From Blastocladiella emersonii ATCC 22665 (taxonomy: Eukaryota > Fungi > Blastocladiomycota), in assembly GCA_025594325.1 (NCBI GenBank), contig JANHCV010000007.1, forward strand, positions 682,001 through 746,000: a DNA stretch of 64,000 nucleotides, read 5' to 3'. Below, in pieces: positions 1-9,848 of this stretch (position 1 is its first letter; each line of letters starts with the position of its first letter). A program made the position numbers and the translations under genes. A model generated the notes under the pieces. That model saw only the letters and a program-made list of their open reading frames with translations. It was not told the origin of the DNA and did not search any database.

Positions 1-198
1 TGGGCCCGCATCAACCACAAGTTCGACCTCATGTACGCCAAGCGCGCCTTCGTCCACTGGTACGTCGGCGAGGGCATGGAGGAGGGCGAGTTCTCCGAGG
101 CCCGCGAGGACCTCGCTGCCCTCGAGAAGGACTACGAGGAGGTCGGCGCCGACTCGGTCGACGTCGATATGGAGGAGGACCAGTACGCCGAGTACTAG
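1..198 (+). CDS. TUB1: alpha-tubulin, C-terminal end (5' truncated by window)
   Basis: Frame +1 from base 1 reads [65 protein letters not shown], the canonical alpha-tubulin C-terminus ending in Tyr; TAG at 196-198. Confidence 0.98.
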   Translation, partial: WARINHKFDLMYAKRAFVHWYVGEGMEEGEFSEAREDLAALEKDYEEVGADSVDVDMEEDQYAEY

Positions 199-1454
199 AT
201 GGCGTCGCTCTCGTTGTCGTTGTCGTTGTTTTGTTACCCCCTCACTTCAGTATCGCTCATCATCTGTAACACTACTTTTCCTCCCTCTCCCTACATTTTG
301 TCCCACCACGTGTATTACATTCCTTGAAACTTGTTACCCCTCCTCGTTCTCGCCGTGTTTGTTGAGGTCGCCATCGTCCTTCGACTCGGGCACGAACGCG
401 ACCTGAGACGAGGTCAGCGTGGCACCCGCGTCGCGCTCTAGCAGTAGCCGTCCCTCTCCACGACGGTCGTGGAGGCGGCCGCCGTAGTCGTAGTCGTCGA
501 AGGTTGTGGCCATGGTCAGACGGCTGCGCTGCAGTCGCGGGTCTCGGCCGCCACCTAGCTGAGGTGAGGGTCGACCGCGGCCATGGCCGCGATGCTCGTG
601 GCCACCGTGTCTTCTTCACATCCTCCGACGCAGTTACACGGCATACAGCTCACTTGAATCTCGGCCATAGTGGCGAGACAACCGCTCTCATTATCGGCTG
701 CTGAAACGACGAAAGCTACTCAACAGGGCGACGGCGGGCGGGCGCGGCCATGGTGGAGCTCGCCGCTCCCGGAGCCCGGTGCTTGTACTCCTCCGCGCAC
801 CATACGACTCGCATGAAGGTGGGCCGTCTCGACCAAGTGCTTCAGTGCACCGGTTGACGCGACGTTCATGACGCGGTGGGTTCCCGGCCACGCCGCGCGG
901 CTTGTCGCCGCAGCTTCTCGAGGCCGCGACCGCCGTTGGCCATGGCCATCTCGCGTCGCGCCAAGCGGCCACCACTCGACTATACTATACAACGTCCCTG
1001 TTCTTTTTTCATCCGCGACGGCCGCGGGCGGAGTGACGATGGCCAACCAGGCCGTGGAGCTTGCTTGGACGGACGGAGAAATCCGCTAGATTCGCCCGTT
1101 TCTTTCCGGCCGGCTCGGTCGGCTGCTGCCCGTCGCCGCCCGCCGTCGTCCTCGCCGTCCATCCCTTCTCCCTTCTTGGCCAGCGACCCGGCCCACGAAG
1201 GCGACACTTGCTGCAACGTATCACACCCCGCGGAGCGAGGCCCTGTCCCCTCCCGCCCTCGCGCGCCCGCCGTGCCTCCCACACGGGCCTCGATGCATCG
1301 CGCCGCCGGCCGCCTCTAGAACAAGTACACGCACGACTCGCCCCATCCCCCGCGATTTTGCTTGCAACCGAGATTTTTGCACACACGGTGCGTGCTCGTG
1401 GGGTGCCAGGGACGACTGCATCGCCGCCGCGCCCGCCGCGCTGCGCCCCAGGCG

Positions 1455-1462
1455 TATTTATA
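1455..1462 (+). promoter_or_regulatory. TATA-like element upstream of the kinase gene
   Basis: TATTTATA in a very GC-rich context ~180 nt upstream of ATG 1638. Confidence 0.4.
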
Positions 1463-1637
1463 GCCGCACATTCGCCAATATGAGCGGAGCGCGGCGCGGC
1501 GGCGGCGGCGGCGGGCTGCGGTCGTTGGCGACGCCCTCTTCCTCGGCCTTGTCCATCGGTGCCCGGCTGCTGACCTCTCTCTCTCTCGCGCGCCTGACGC
1601 GTCTAGACACACGACTCGATACAGTACATCGTAACCC

Positions 1638-4616
1638 ATGGGCCAGTCGCAGTCGACGTCCAGCCAGCACTCGGCGCACGGCCACCATGGCGCGCACGCC
1701 GGCGCCGGCGCGCACCACCACTACCGCGACCGGCCATCGGGCGACGACGGCCTCCTGTCGCCGTCCGCCTACGCCTTCCTCGATGCGCAATCTTCTGGGG
1801 GTGGTGTGCCGCGGCGCGGCTCCGAACCCTCGCTGCCCACTTCCTCCACAACCGCCGGCGCCGCCGCCTCCGCCACCTCGCCCGTCGACACGCGCGCGCC
1901 CGCCATCGCCGCGGCGTTCCGCGACCCGCGCCGCGAACCCTCGGTGCGCACCACGCGCCCGGGCGGGTTCGGGTCCAACCCGCGCCGCCCGCGCCCGCGC
2001 CGGCCGTCCGCCCCGCCACCGCCCGCCGCCGGCTCCCTGAATCGCGGCGCCGCCGCCGGCGCCGGCGCGGGGGGCCCCGTCGATATCTCGAACCCGACCA
2101 ACGTCGAGCAGGGGATCCACATCGAGTGGGACGAGGAGACGGGCACGTTCCGCGGCGTCCCCGCGCCGTGGCGCGCCGCGTTCGAGCGACAGCTCGGGCC
2201 CGCGGTCCTCGGAATGCTCGCGCCCGCCAACTCCAAGGCGGCGTCGGGGTCCGGGCCCGCGACGCCCGTCCGCGTCGAGTCGGCGTCCGCCGCGGAGCGG
2301 ACCGTCCCGATGCGGTCGGCGACCGCGCCCGTTGAGGTCGATGCGCCGCCGCGGATCCGGTCCACCTCGTCGTCGTCCAACCACGGCGCGCTCGCGTCGC
2401 TCGCCCACCGCCCGCTCCCGCCGCCCATTGCGCCCGCCGACCGCGACCGCGATCGCGAGCGGGAACGTGAGCGCGAGCACCGCCACCGCCGCAACAAGTC
2501 GTCCGAGACCAACAACCGCGCGACAACGCACTCGCCGTCGCCGCACCGGACCGCGGCCACCGCGCCACGGGAACGCGAGCCGCGCCGCATGGCCTCGTCG
2601 CAGTCGCTCAACATGACCACCCCGAACAAAGTCCCGCGCAGCCCCGGCGGCAACCCGCGCCCGACGAACCTGCCGCCGCTCACGCGGCCCGAGAAGTCGG
2701 CGCACCGCCGCACCCCGAGTTCCGGCAGCGCGCCCGCGTCGCCGTCGCAGCAGCTCTCGCCCGCATCGTCAAGACCGCAGCTCACGAGTTCGGCGTCGTC
2801 CGCGTCGCTCGCTGTCGTCGGCGGCGGCGGGATGCCGACCGACCGCCGGCCGAGTGACGGTGGCGCGAGCTCGCCCGCACGGCGACCGTCCAACACGCCG
2901 TCGATCCGGTCGCGCTCGCCGTCGCGCGGCCCGCCGCCTGTCGCGAACCCGCGCAAGGCGCCGCCCGCGACCCCGCCGCCGACCGCCCCGCTGCCGGACC
3001 GTCCGCTCGCGCGGCCCGTCCCCATCCCTTCATCCTCGTCCGACGACCAGCCGATCCGCGCCCGCCGCGTCTCGGCGCGCCGGTCGCGCGTGCTGTCGAT
3101 CTCGCCGCGCGGGTCGCTGCTCTCGACGGGCGCCGTGATGGCCGCGCTCGCGGCGGCCGCGATGCAGCGCGAGGAAGAGAACGCGCGCGCCTCCTCTACG
3201 CGTGCGTCCCGCGACAGCACCATGGCGACGCTCGACGACCCCGACGCCACGGTGCGCGCGCCCGTCCCGCCGCCCCGGTCGACGAGCAGTTCCGGGCGCG
3301 CGGCGACGATTATGGCGGCCGAAAAGGAGCGGCGGCGGTCGGCCGTGGTGCTGCAGGAGGAGCCGGAACCGGTTGAGCCTGAAGTGGAGATTCCCGCGGC
3401 CCTCGCCGAGGCGTTCCACCAGGTCACGATCCACCCGGCGCTGCAGCGGTTCATTGCCGAGGCGCAGCGCATGGAGCGCGAGCAGCAGGAGGCGCGCGCC
3501 GCGGGGAAACAGTCCGACGCGGCGCCGCAGCCGAACGGCGTGGCCACGGCGTCGTCGCTCGTGCAGCTGCTCCAGGACGGCGCCCTGGGCGAGGCCGGGC
3601 GCGAGCTCGCGGCGCTGACGTCGATGCGCGTGACGCCCGCCACCCTCGCCGTGGCCCTCGCGCCCATGGTCGAGTCGGGCGACCCGCACGCGGTCTTCGC
3701 GAACGTGGTGCCGTACGCCGAGGGCGCGTCGGGCGACGTGCACACGGCGAAAGATACCGTGGTGCACTGCGCCGTGGCCATCAAGATCGTGCCGCGCGAC
3801 CACCCGCGGTCCGCCGACAAGATCGCGCGGCTCCCGCTCGAGCTGCACCTGATGCGCGCGTCGCGCCACCCGAACGTCGTCTCGTTCATCGGCGCGTACC
3901 TCACCGACGACGCCGTCTGGATCGCCATGGAGTTCATGGATGCCGGGTGTCTCGCCGACTTTTTGTACGCTGACGAGGAGGACGAGGAGGGGGGTGAGCT
4001 CGTCCTCGCGGCACCCGGCATCGCGTACATCACGGCCATGGTCGCGCGCGCGCTCGAGTACCTGCACGCGGCGCACCGCCTGCACCGCGACGTGCGGTCC
4101 GACAACGTGCTGCTGACGGGCCGCGGCGACGTCAAGCTCGGCGACTTCGGGTACGCGACCGAGGCCCACGCCCCGCTCACCGAGCCCGTCGGCACGCCGT
4201 ACTGGATGGCGCCCGAGGTCGCGGCCGCGGGCGCGCGCGCCTTCGCCGAGCCCGGCAGCGTCGTCGATGATCTCGACGAGGACGCGGACAAGTCCCAGTA
4301 CGGGTCCGCCGTCGACGTCTGGGCGCTCGGCGTCACCGTGTTCGAGATGGCCGCCCGCATGTACCCGTACGCGGACCTCGACGAGGTCGCGGCCCTGCGC
4401 GCCATCGCCCGGAACGGGTGCCCGGACCTCGACCCGCACGCGCGCGACCGGCTCGGCGACAAGGGCGTCGCCTTCTGGCGCCGCGCCACGGCCAAGGACC
4501 CGAGCATGCGGCCGACCGCCGCCGAGATGCTCCGCGACGACGCGTTCCTCGTCGACGCCGACCTCGACGCCGGGCGGAGGCAGGTGGTGGCCATGGTTCA
4601 GGGGCAGGGGGAGTGA
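1638..4616 (+). CDS. PAK/STE20-family protein kinase with CRIB (p21-binding) domain, 992 aa, apparently intronless
   Basis: CRIB ISNPTNVEQGIHIEWDEETGTFRGVPAPW; kinase motifs EGASGDV, VAIK, HPNVVSF, WIAMEFMDAGCL, HRDVRSDNVLL, KLGDFG, VGTPYWMAPE, DVWALG; N-terminus MGQSQS. Confidence 0.93.
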   Translation: MGQSQSTSSQHSAHGHHGAHAGAGAHHHYRDRPSGDDGLLSPSAYAFLDAQSSGGGVPRRGSEPSLPTSSTTAGAAASATSPVDTRAPAIAAAFRDPRREPSVRTTRPGGFGSNPRRPRPRRPSAPPPPAAGSLNRGAAAGAGAGGPVDISNPTNVEQGIHIEWDEETGTFRGVPAPWRAAFERQLGPAVLGMLAPANSKAASGSGPATPVRVESASAAERTVPMRSATAPVEVDAPPRIRSTSSSSNHGALASLAHRPLPPPIAPADRDRDREREREREHRHRRNKSSETNNRATTHSPSPHRTAATAPREREPRRMASSQSLNMTTPNKVPRSPGGNPRPTNLPPLTRPEKSAHRRTPSSGSAPASPSQQLSPASSRPQLTSSASSASLAVVGGGGMPTDRRPSDGGASSPARRPSNTPSIRSRSPSRGPPPVANPRKAPPATPPPTAPLPDRPLARPVPIPSSSSDDQPIRARRVSARRSRVLSISPRGSLLSTGAVMAALAAAAMQREEENARASSTRASRDSTMATLDDPDATVRAPVPPPRSTSSSGRAATIMAAEKERRRSAVVLQEEPEPVEPEVEIPAALAEAFHQVTIHPALQRFIAEAQRMEREQQEARAAGKQSDAAPQPNGVATASSLVQLLQDGALGEAGRELAALTSMRVTPATLAVALAPMVESGDPHAVFANVVPYAEGASGDVHTAKDTVVHCAVAIKIVPRDHPRSADKIARLPLELHLMRASRHPNVVSFIGAYLTDDAVWIAMEFMDAGCLADFLYADEEDEEGGELVLAAPGIAYITAMVARALEYLHAAHRLHRDVRSDNVLLTGRGDVKLGDFGYATEAHAPLTEPVGTPYWMAPEVAAAGARAFAEPGSVVDDLDEDADKSQYGSAVDVWALGVTVFEMAARMYPYADLDEVAALRAIARNGCPDLDPHARDRLGDKGVAFWRRATAKDPSMRPTAAEMLRDDAFLVDADLDAGRRQVVAMVQGQGE

Positions 4617-4686
4617 GGGGTTGTTAGAGGTCGTGAATACACTGCAAGTTTGCGTCGCGCTCGTGCTCCCATGCATGCTCCGCGAC

Positions 4687-6612
4687 ATGAAGAAGACGCC
4701 GAGCAGGCAGACTACGAAAACGAATGGAGCAACCGCGCGACCGCGTGCATCGGTCTCGGCGGCAGCGCACCCGCTCGCACGGCGCGAGGTGAGACCGGCC
4801 GCTGGCGCGACGGCGTCGTCGTCGTCCTCGGCGAGGAGGCCCGCTCCTGCTGCGGCCCCACCACCACCGCCGCCACCGCCCGTCTCCCCGGCAGCCGCGG
4901 GTCCCGTCGTCGTCGTCGCCATCGGGCAGTGCGGCATCACCATCGCGCACGAGTTCTTCACCCTGCTCGGCGACCCATCGCGGCACCCGCGCTTCTTTGC
5001 CGCGATGCCGCCGTCGTCCTCGTCGTCCGCGCGTGACACGCCCCCGCCCCCGCCGCCTCCCGCACCCGCACCGGCGTCGGGAAGCGGCAGCGGCATGTCG
5101 GTCGCCGAGCGCGAGGCCCGGATCCGCCGCGCGCTGCTCGCCGCGGGCATCGTGCCGTCGTCGCCGGCCCCTCTCCCGCCGCCGCCTACCTCACCTCCAC
5201 CTCCGTCACACCACCAGGTCCAGTGGATCCCGCGCTGCGTGCTGCTCGACACCGAGGCCAAAGTGATCCGCACCGTGTTGCGCGAAGGCGGGCCTCGCTA
5301 CCCGACAAAAACCTCCCCGCGCGCGTGGCGGTACCACCCGAAGTGCGCGCAGTGGCGCGCGGCGGGCGCCGCCAACAACTGGGCGTACGGGTACTACCGG
5401 CACGGCAAAGACATGTATGCGGCGATCGCGCGCGGGATCCGTGCCCAGGTGCGGCTCGCGGGCGACGGGTTTGCGGGGTTTGTGGTCCTCCACTCGCTCG
5501 CGGGCGGGACCGGGTCGGGTGTCGGGACGTATGTCACGGAGCAGCTCCGACGAGAGTTTCCCACCGCGGCGGTCGTGAACCACGTCGTCTGGCCGTTCAT
5601 GCGCGGCGAGGTGATTGTCCAGAACTATAACATGGTCCTCACGCTCGCGCGGCTGCTTGAGGTACGCGTGTTCGGGAATGAGGGTGGGATGGCCGCTGAC
5701 GTGTGCTTGATACAGGCGTCGGACATGGTGCTCGTCCAGTTCAACGACCACCTGCAGCGCATCGGGACCGAGCGGCTCGGCCTGCCCTCGGCCTCGTTTG
5801 CGGACCTGAACCGTATCATGGCGCGCGTCCTCTTCCACATCCTCGCGCCCGCCAAGGTCGCCTCTTCCTCCTCCTCGCCTGCTTCAACCACCACCCTCGT
5901 CGACCTCGTCCGCACCGCGACGTGCGGCGCGTGGAAACTCGCCACCGCGTACCACGTCCCGCAGGTCCCCGCCGCCGCCGTCGCCTTCACGGCGCTGACG
6001 TGGCCCGCGCTGCTGCGCCCGCTCCGCCAGATGGTCCTCACGCACACGCCGACCGACGAGCGGCTCGACTGGGCCGTGGAGCCAGGGGCGGCGAAGGCGG
6101 CGAGGGTCGGCGCGGCCGTCGTCATCGTCAAGGGCGCGGATAAGCGTGCGGCTGAGGCCGAGCTCGTGCGGCTGTTTGGCGACGCGCGCATGTACGACGG
6201 CACAGGCGCGAGCGGGAAGCCGGCAGCGGCGGCGGGAGGAGCGAGGTGGCGCGTCTGGGTTGACCGCGACACGCAGGTGCCCGGGATCGATAAGTGGGCT
6301 GCCGTGGTCTGGTACGCGTGGTGCTGTGTCGACGAGGGGGGCCGAGACTGACGCGTCATGTGGTCTGTAGCACGTCGTCGGCCGCGGCGGAACCGCTCGA
6401 GGAGACGCTGCGCATCGCCGTGCAAATGTACCGGACGGGCGCGTTCCTGCACCAGTACGCCAAGTTCGGGCTGCCCGCGGGCGCCATGGCGGGCGCGATT
6501 TCGCGCGTGTACCAGGGTACGCGCTTTCCGCAGCTGTGTCTCACCATCATCATCACTGACACGCGGCGGCCGTGGTGTAGAACTCGAAAGGTACAAAACT
6601 GATGCATATTAG
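4687..6612 (+). CDS. TUBD1: delta-tubulin (spliced; start codon uncertain)
   Basis: GQCG, PRCVLLDTEAKVI, GAANNWAYGY, SLAGGTGSG, VWPFMRGEVIVQNYN, AFLHQYAKFG match delta-tubulin; introns 5662-5715, 6312-6370, 6517-6580 restore a continuous frame ending ELERYKTDAY*. Confidence 0.88.
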
Positions 6613-6615
6613 CTT

Positions 6616-7110
6616 CTACTCCTGCTTCGCGGGAACCGGGTTCAGCTCGTGGTCGAACCCGAGGCGCGTCAGGTCCTTCCACGTCTCGTCCTCGTCGTTC
6701 TGCGACTGCAGGTGGTACATGTCCATGAACCCCGTCACCGAGACCATCATGGTCGGCTTCTGGTCGTCGTCGCCAAAGTACAGCGCGATCTCGGCCATGG
6801 TGTCCTCGTCGAACTAGTTCGAGGCGGACGGGTGAGTGATGGGAGGGCGTGAGGTCGGTGTAGGGGGGAGGCGCACCTTCTTGCCGTTGGTCGCGACAGC
6901 AAACGCCTGCACCTCGTCGACGTTCAGGTACCCGTCCTTGTCGGCGTCGAAGCGCTCGAAGATGGACCGCTACGCGGGCAGCATGCGCGCACAGTGTCAG
7001 CGGGCGAGGGGCGCGGGTGGAACAGCGGTCTCGGGTACCAGCGCCTTGTCGAAGGCCGGCATGAACATGTCATCGTCGTCGAGGAGGGGGACGCGCTTGC
7101 CGCTGGACAT
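6616..7110 (-). CDS. small EF-hand protein, paralog A (exons 7110-7039, 6969-6877, 6813-6616)
   Basis: Spliced MSSGKRVPLLDDDDMFMPAFDKAL|RSIFERFDADKDGYLNVDEVQAFAVATNGKK|FDEDTMAEIALYF...GFMDMYHLQSQNDEDETWKDLTRLGFDHEL; canonical loop DADKDGYLNVDE; GT-AG introns. Confidence 0.85.
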
Positions 7111-7331
7111 GGTTGCAGGTACTCGCGGGTGTCGTTGATTCGTTGCAAATGGCCGTCCTCGGGGGAGAAAGAGCGCGAGGAGCGAAAGCAAAACGGGGAT
7201 GGAGACCTGGATGGAGATCCGTCACCTGATGGGTAGCGGCGGTGCCACTCACGTGCACCGTCGAGCGGCCTCCAAATCCTCTCGGCCTCCTCGTGGTGTG
7301 TTCACCCTCTCCTTTCGACCAAAGCAGCACC

Positions 7332-7876
7332 ATGGCATCGACGACGACCCCGACCCTCCACGAAGACCGCGTCGCGCTCGTCACCGAGGACGACCTGCTG
7401 ACCCCGCGCTTCGTCGAGGTCCTGGTAAGGCCTGCGCCGCTGTCGGCCGAGATCGCCCGCCAACCCCGCTGCCGCTCCCGTGTAGCGTGAGATCTTTGAG
7501 CGGTTCGACGTCAACCAGGACGGGTTCTTGAACCGCAATGAGCTCAAGGCGTTCGCCGAGGCGAGTACGGGCAAGGACGTGCGTACCAACAACTGCACCT
7601 TTTCAGCTGCGCTCTCGCGCTCGCTAACGCCGCAGGCCCTCCCTTCAGTTCACGGAGGAGACGCTCGAGGTCATCGCCAAGCTGTTCCTCGAGAAAAAGT
7701 ACCTTCCGACGCCGCAGCTCTCGTTTCTCGGCCTGCAGGGCATGTTCCTGCTGCAGGTCAAGCTCAACGAGGCCGAAGTGTGGGCCGACCTCGAGCGGTT
7801 GGGCTACGACCACCAGCTCGAGTCGATCCTCGTCGAGACGGCCGACCTCAAGCCGCTCGAGGAGGTCGAGGCGTAA
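7332..7876 (+). CDS. small EF-hand protein, paralog B (exons 7332-7424, 7486-7578, 7649-7876)
   Basis: Spliced ...RFVEVL|REIFERFDVNQDGFLNRNELKAFAEASTGKD|FTEETLEVIAKLF...EAEVWADLERLGYDHQL; loop DVNQDGFLNRNE. Confidence 0.85.
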
Positions 7877-7951
7877 CGCAACTTGCGAAGAACCAAAAAG
7901 AGTGAATACATTGCTAGGGCTATTACAACATCATGCGGCGACGGCGGCAGC

Positions 7952-9607
7952 TTACACGATCTCCTCAATCACCATGTCGTCGTCGTCGCTGTCCTCGTCC
8001 ATGGGCTGCGGCGCGGAGCTGCTCGCGGCGGCCGCAGACTTGCGCGGCGCGGCCGTGGCGGACCCGTCCTCGGGCACGTACTCGTACTCAATGTCCAGCT
8101 CGCCGGACACGAGCGCCTCGAGCTCCTTGTCGGGGACGACCTGCTCGACCGCGGGCAACAGCGCGTCGATGTTATCCTCGGCGCCGTCAGCGCGCTCCTC
8201 GCGCATCAGCATGTCGACGAGCCGCTCCGCGACGAGCCGGCACGGCACGTGGTCCTCGGCCTGGTGGTACGCGCGCACCACGAGATACGTGCCCGCAGCG
8301 CGCAGCGCGTCGCGGCCGCGGCGCGTCGTCGCCAGCACCAGGAGCGCCTCGAGCAGCGGCTGGCGCAAGTCGACCACGGGCTCGACGAAGTGGTCCGTCG
8401 GCAGCGACAGGAGCCAGTCGGGGACCGTGTCGAGGTCGTCTTCGGTCTCGAGCAGCGAATCCGCCAGGTCCGCGGGAGCGAGCGGCGTCAGCAGCGGGTG
8501 CAGCACGTAGTTCGGGTGCTTGGCGTCCAGCAGGTCGCCGTGCGCGCGCAGGTCGAAGGTTACGTTCTTGAGCGCCGAAATCACGCCGCCGCGGCGGATC
8601 AGCTCCGGGTGGTCCGTGAAGCACAGGATCTTGGACAGGGCGGACGTCGGGTCCGTCTCCGACAGCACCGCCGTCGTGCTCGCGAGCGACGAGCCCTCGG
8701 CCGTCTCGGGCGTCGCGGGAGCGGCGGCGGGAGCGGCGTCGGCCTTGATGGTCTTGCCGCGCGGCGCCTTCTTGGTCGAGGAGGGCTCGGTCTTGGGCTT
8801 CTTGCTACGGTGTTACGAACAGCAGTTGGTAAGCCAAGGGCGCCACACTCCACAAAGCGTGACAAGAGCGTACGTCTCGGGCTCCTCGGCCGTCTGCTTG
8901 GGCGCCTCGGGGTACCGGTTGACGATGGGCGTGAGGAAGTAAGCGCGGCCCTCTGAGTGCTGCGACACGTTGGCAAAGACGGAGGCGAGGAAGTGGAAGT
9001 CGGCCTGGGCGTTGTACCAGCGGCGGTCGCCGCCGAGCCCGACGCCGCGGCCAAACACCTCGACGAGCTGGTCCATGGCGGACGGCTGCGCGAGCAGCAT
9101 CTCGACCGACTTGCGCAGGAACCGGACGCGCGGCAGGTCCTCCTTGGGCACCTCGTGCTCGGGCTGCACCACGACGGGCGGCGCCTTGATGGCCGTCAGC
9201 GGCGCCAGGCGCAGCAGCGTGCGCGCAATCGCGCCGTCGTGCGACAGGTTCGACAGCAGCATGCACACCAGATCGGCCAGCACCGACGCCGGCGTCAGGA
9301 TCAGCGTCATCAGCTTGAACAGGAACTCGGGGTTGTTGAGCGACGGCAGCACCGTGCGGTCCTTGGTCAGGTTGATCAGCGTCTTGATCGCCAGGTGCGA
9401 GATGGCCGGCTCGTCCGTAAGCAGCTTGTCGAGCGCAGCCAGAAGACGCGGCAGGCGGCCGCTCGCCGTGTCCTTGAGCAGGCCCGACGCATCGCCGCCC
9501 GAGATCCCGGCAATGTACTCGCTCGCCACCTGGCGCAGGTTGTCCTGCTCGTGGCCCAGGAACTCGATGAGCTCGTCGAGCTGCGACGCGAGCGCGGCGT
9601 TGGCCAT
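7952..9607 (-). CDS. HGH1: HGH1/FAM203 eEF2 chaperone (ARM repeats); intron 8805-8873
   Basis: LDELIEFL, HFLASVFANVSQHSEGRAYFL, KILCFTDHPELIRRGGVISALKNVTFD, LLEALLVLATTRRGRDALR, YLVVRAYH, CRLVAERLVDMLMREE; acidic tail. Confidence 0.92.
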
Positions 9608-9848
9608 GGTTGTTTGATGCGTTTAGTGGTGTGATAGAGTGGCGCCGTCACCGTCGAGTGGAGGGGAGAAAGATCGGCGACCTCACAAAACTCGGCTAAC
9701 TGAGCCTCAGTTGAACGCGTCACCTGCGCTCACATGATTTGTTGGCCGGCCTTTCTCGGCGACGCGTCTCGCGTTGCGCCACCTCGAGGAGCCCCTCGTT
9801 TCCCCTCTCTGCCGCCAAGGCACCCTTTGATGTAAACGCAGACACACC

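Noticed and set aside
272-1483. Cluster of short ORFs between alpha-tubulin and the kinase
   Set aside because: No motifs, no consistent splice pattern or codon bias; treated as intergenic/UTR.
1769-4594. Long antisense and alternate-frame ORFs throughout the window (e.g. 1769-4594, 3030-5273, 18792-20600, 37944-40655, 47954-49378, 49463-52039, 52782-54773)
   Set aside because: They are shadows of real GC3-rich genes on the other strand or frame; stop codons are rare at this GC and the translations are Arg/Ala/Gly-rich with no motifs.
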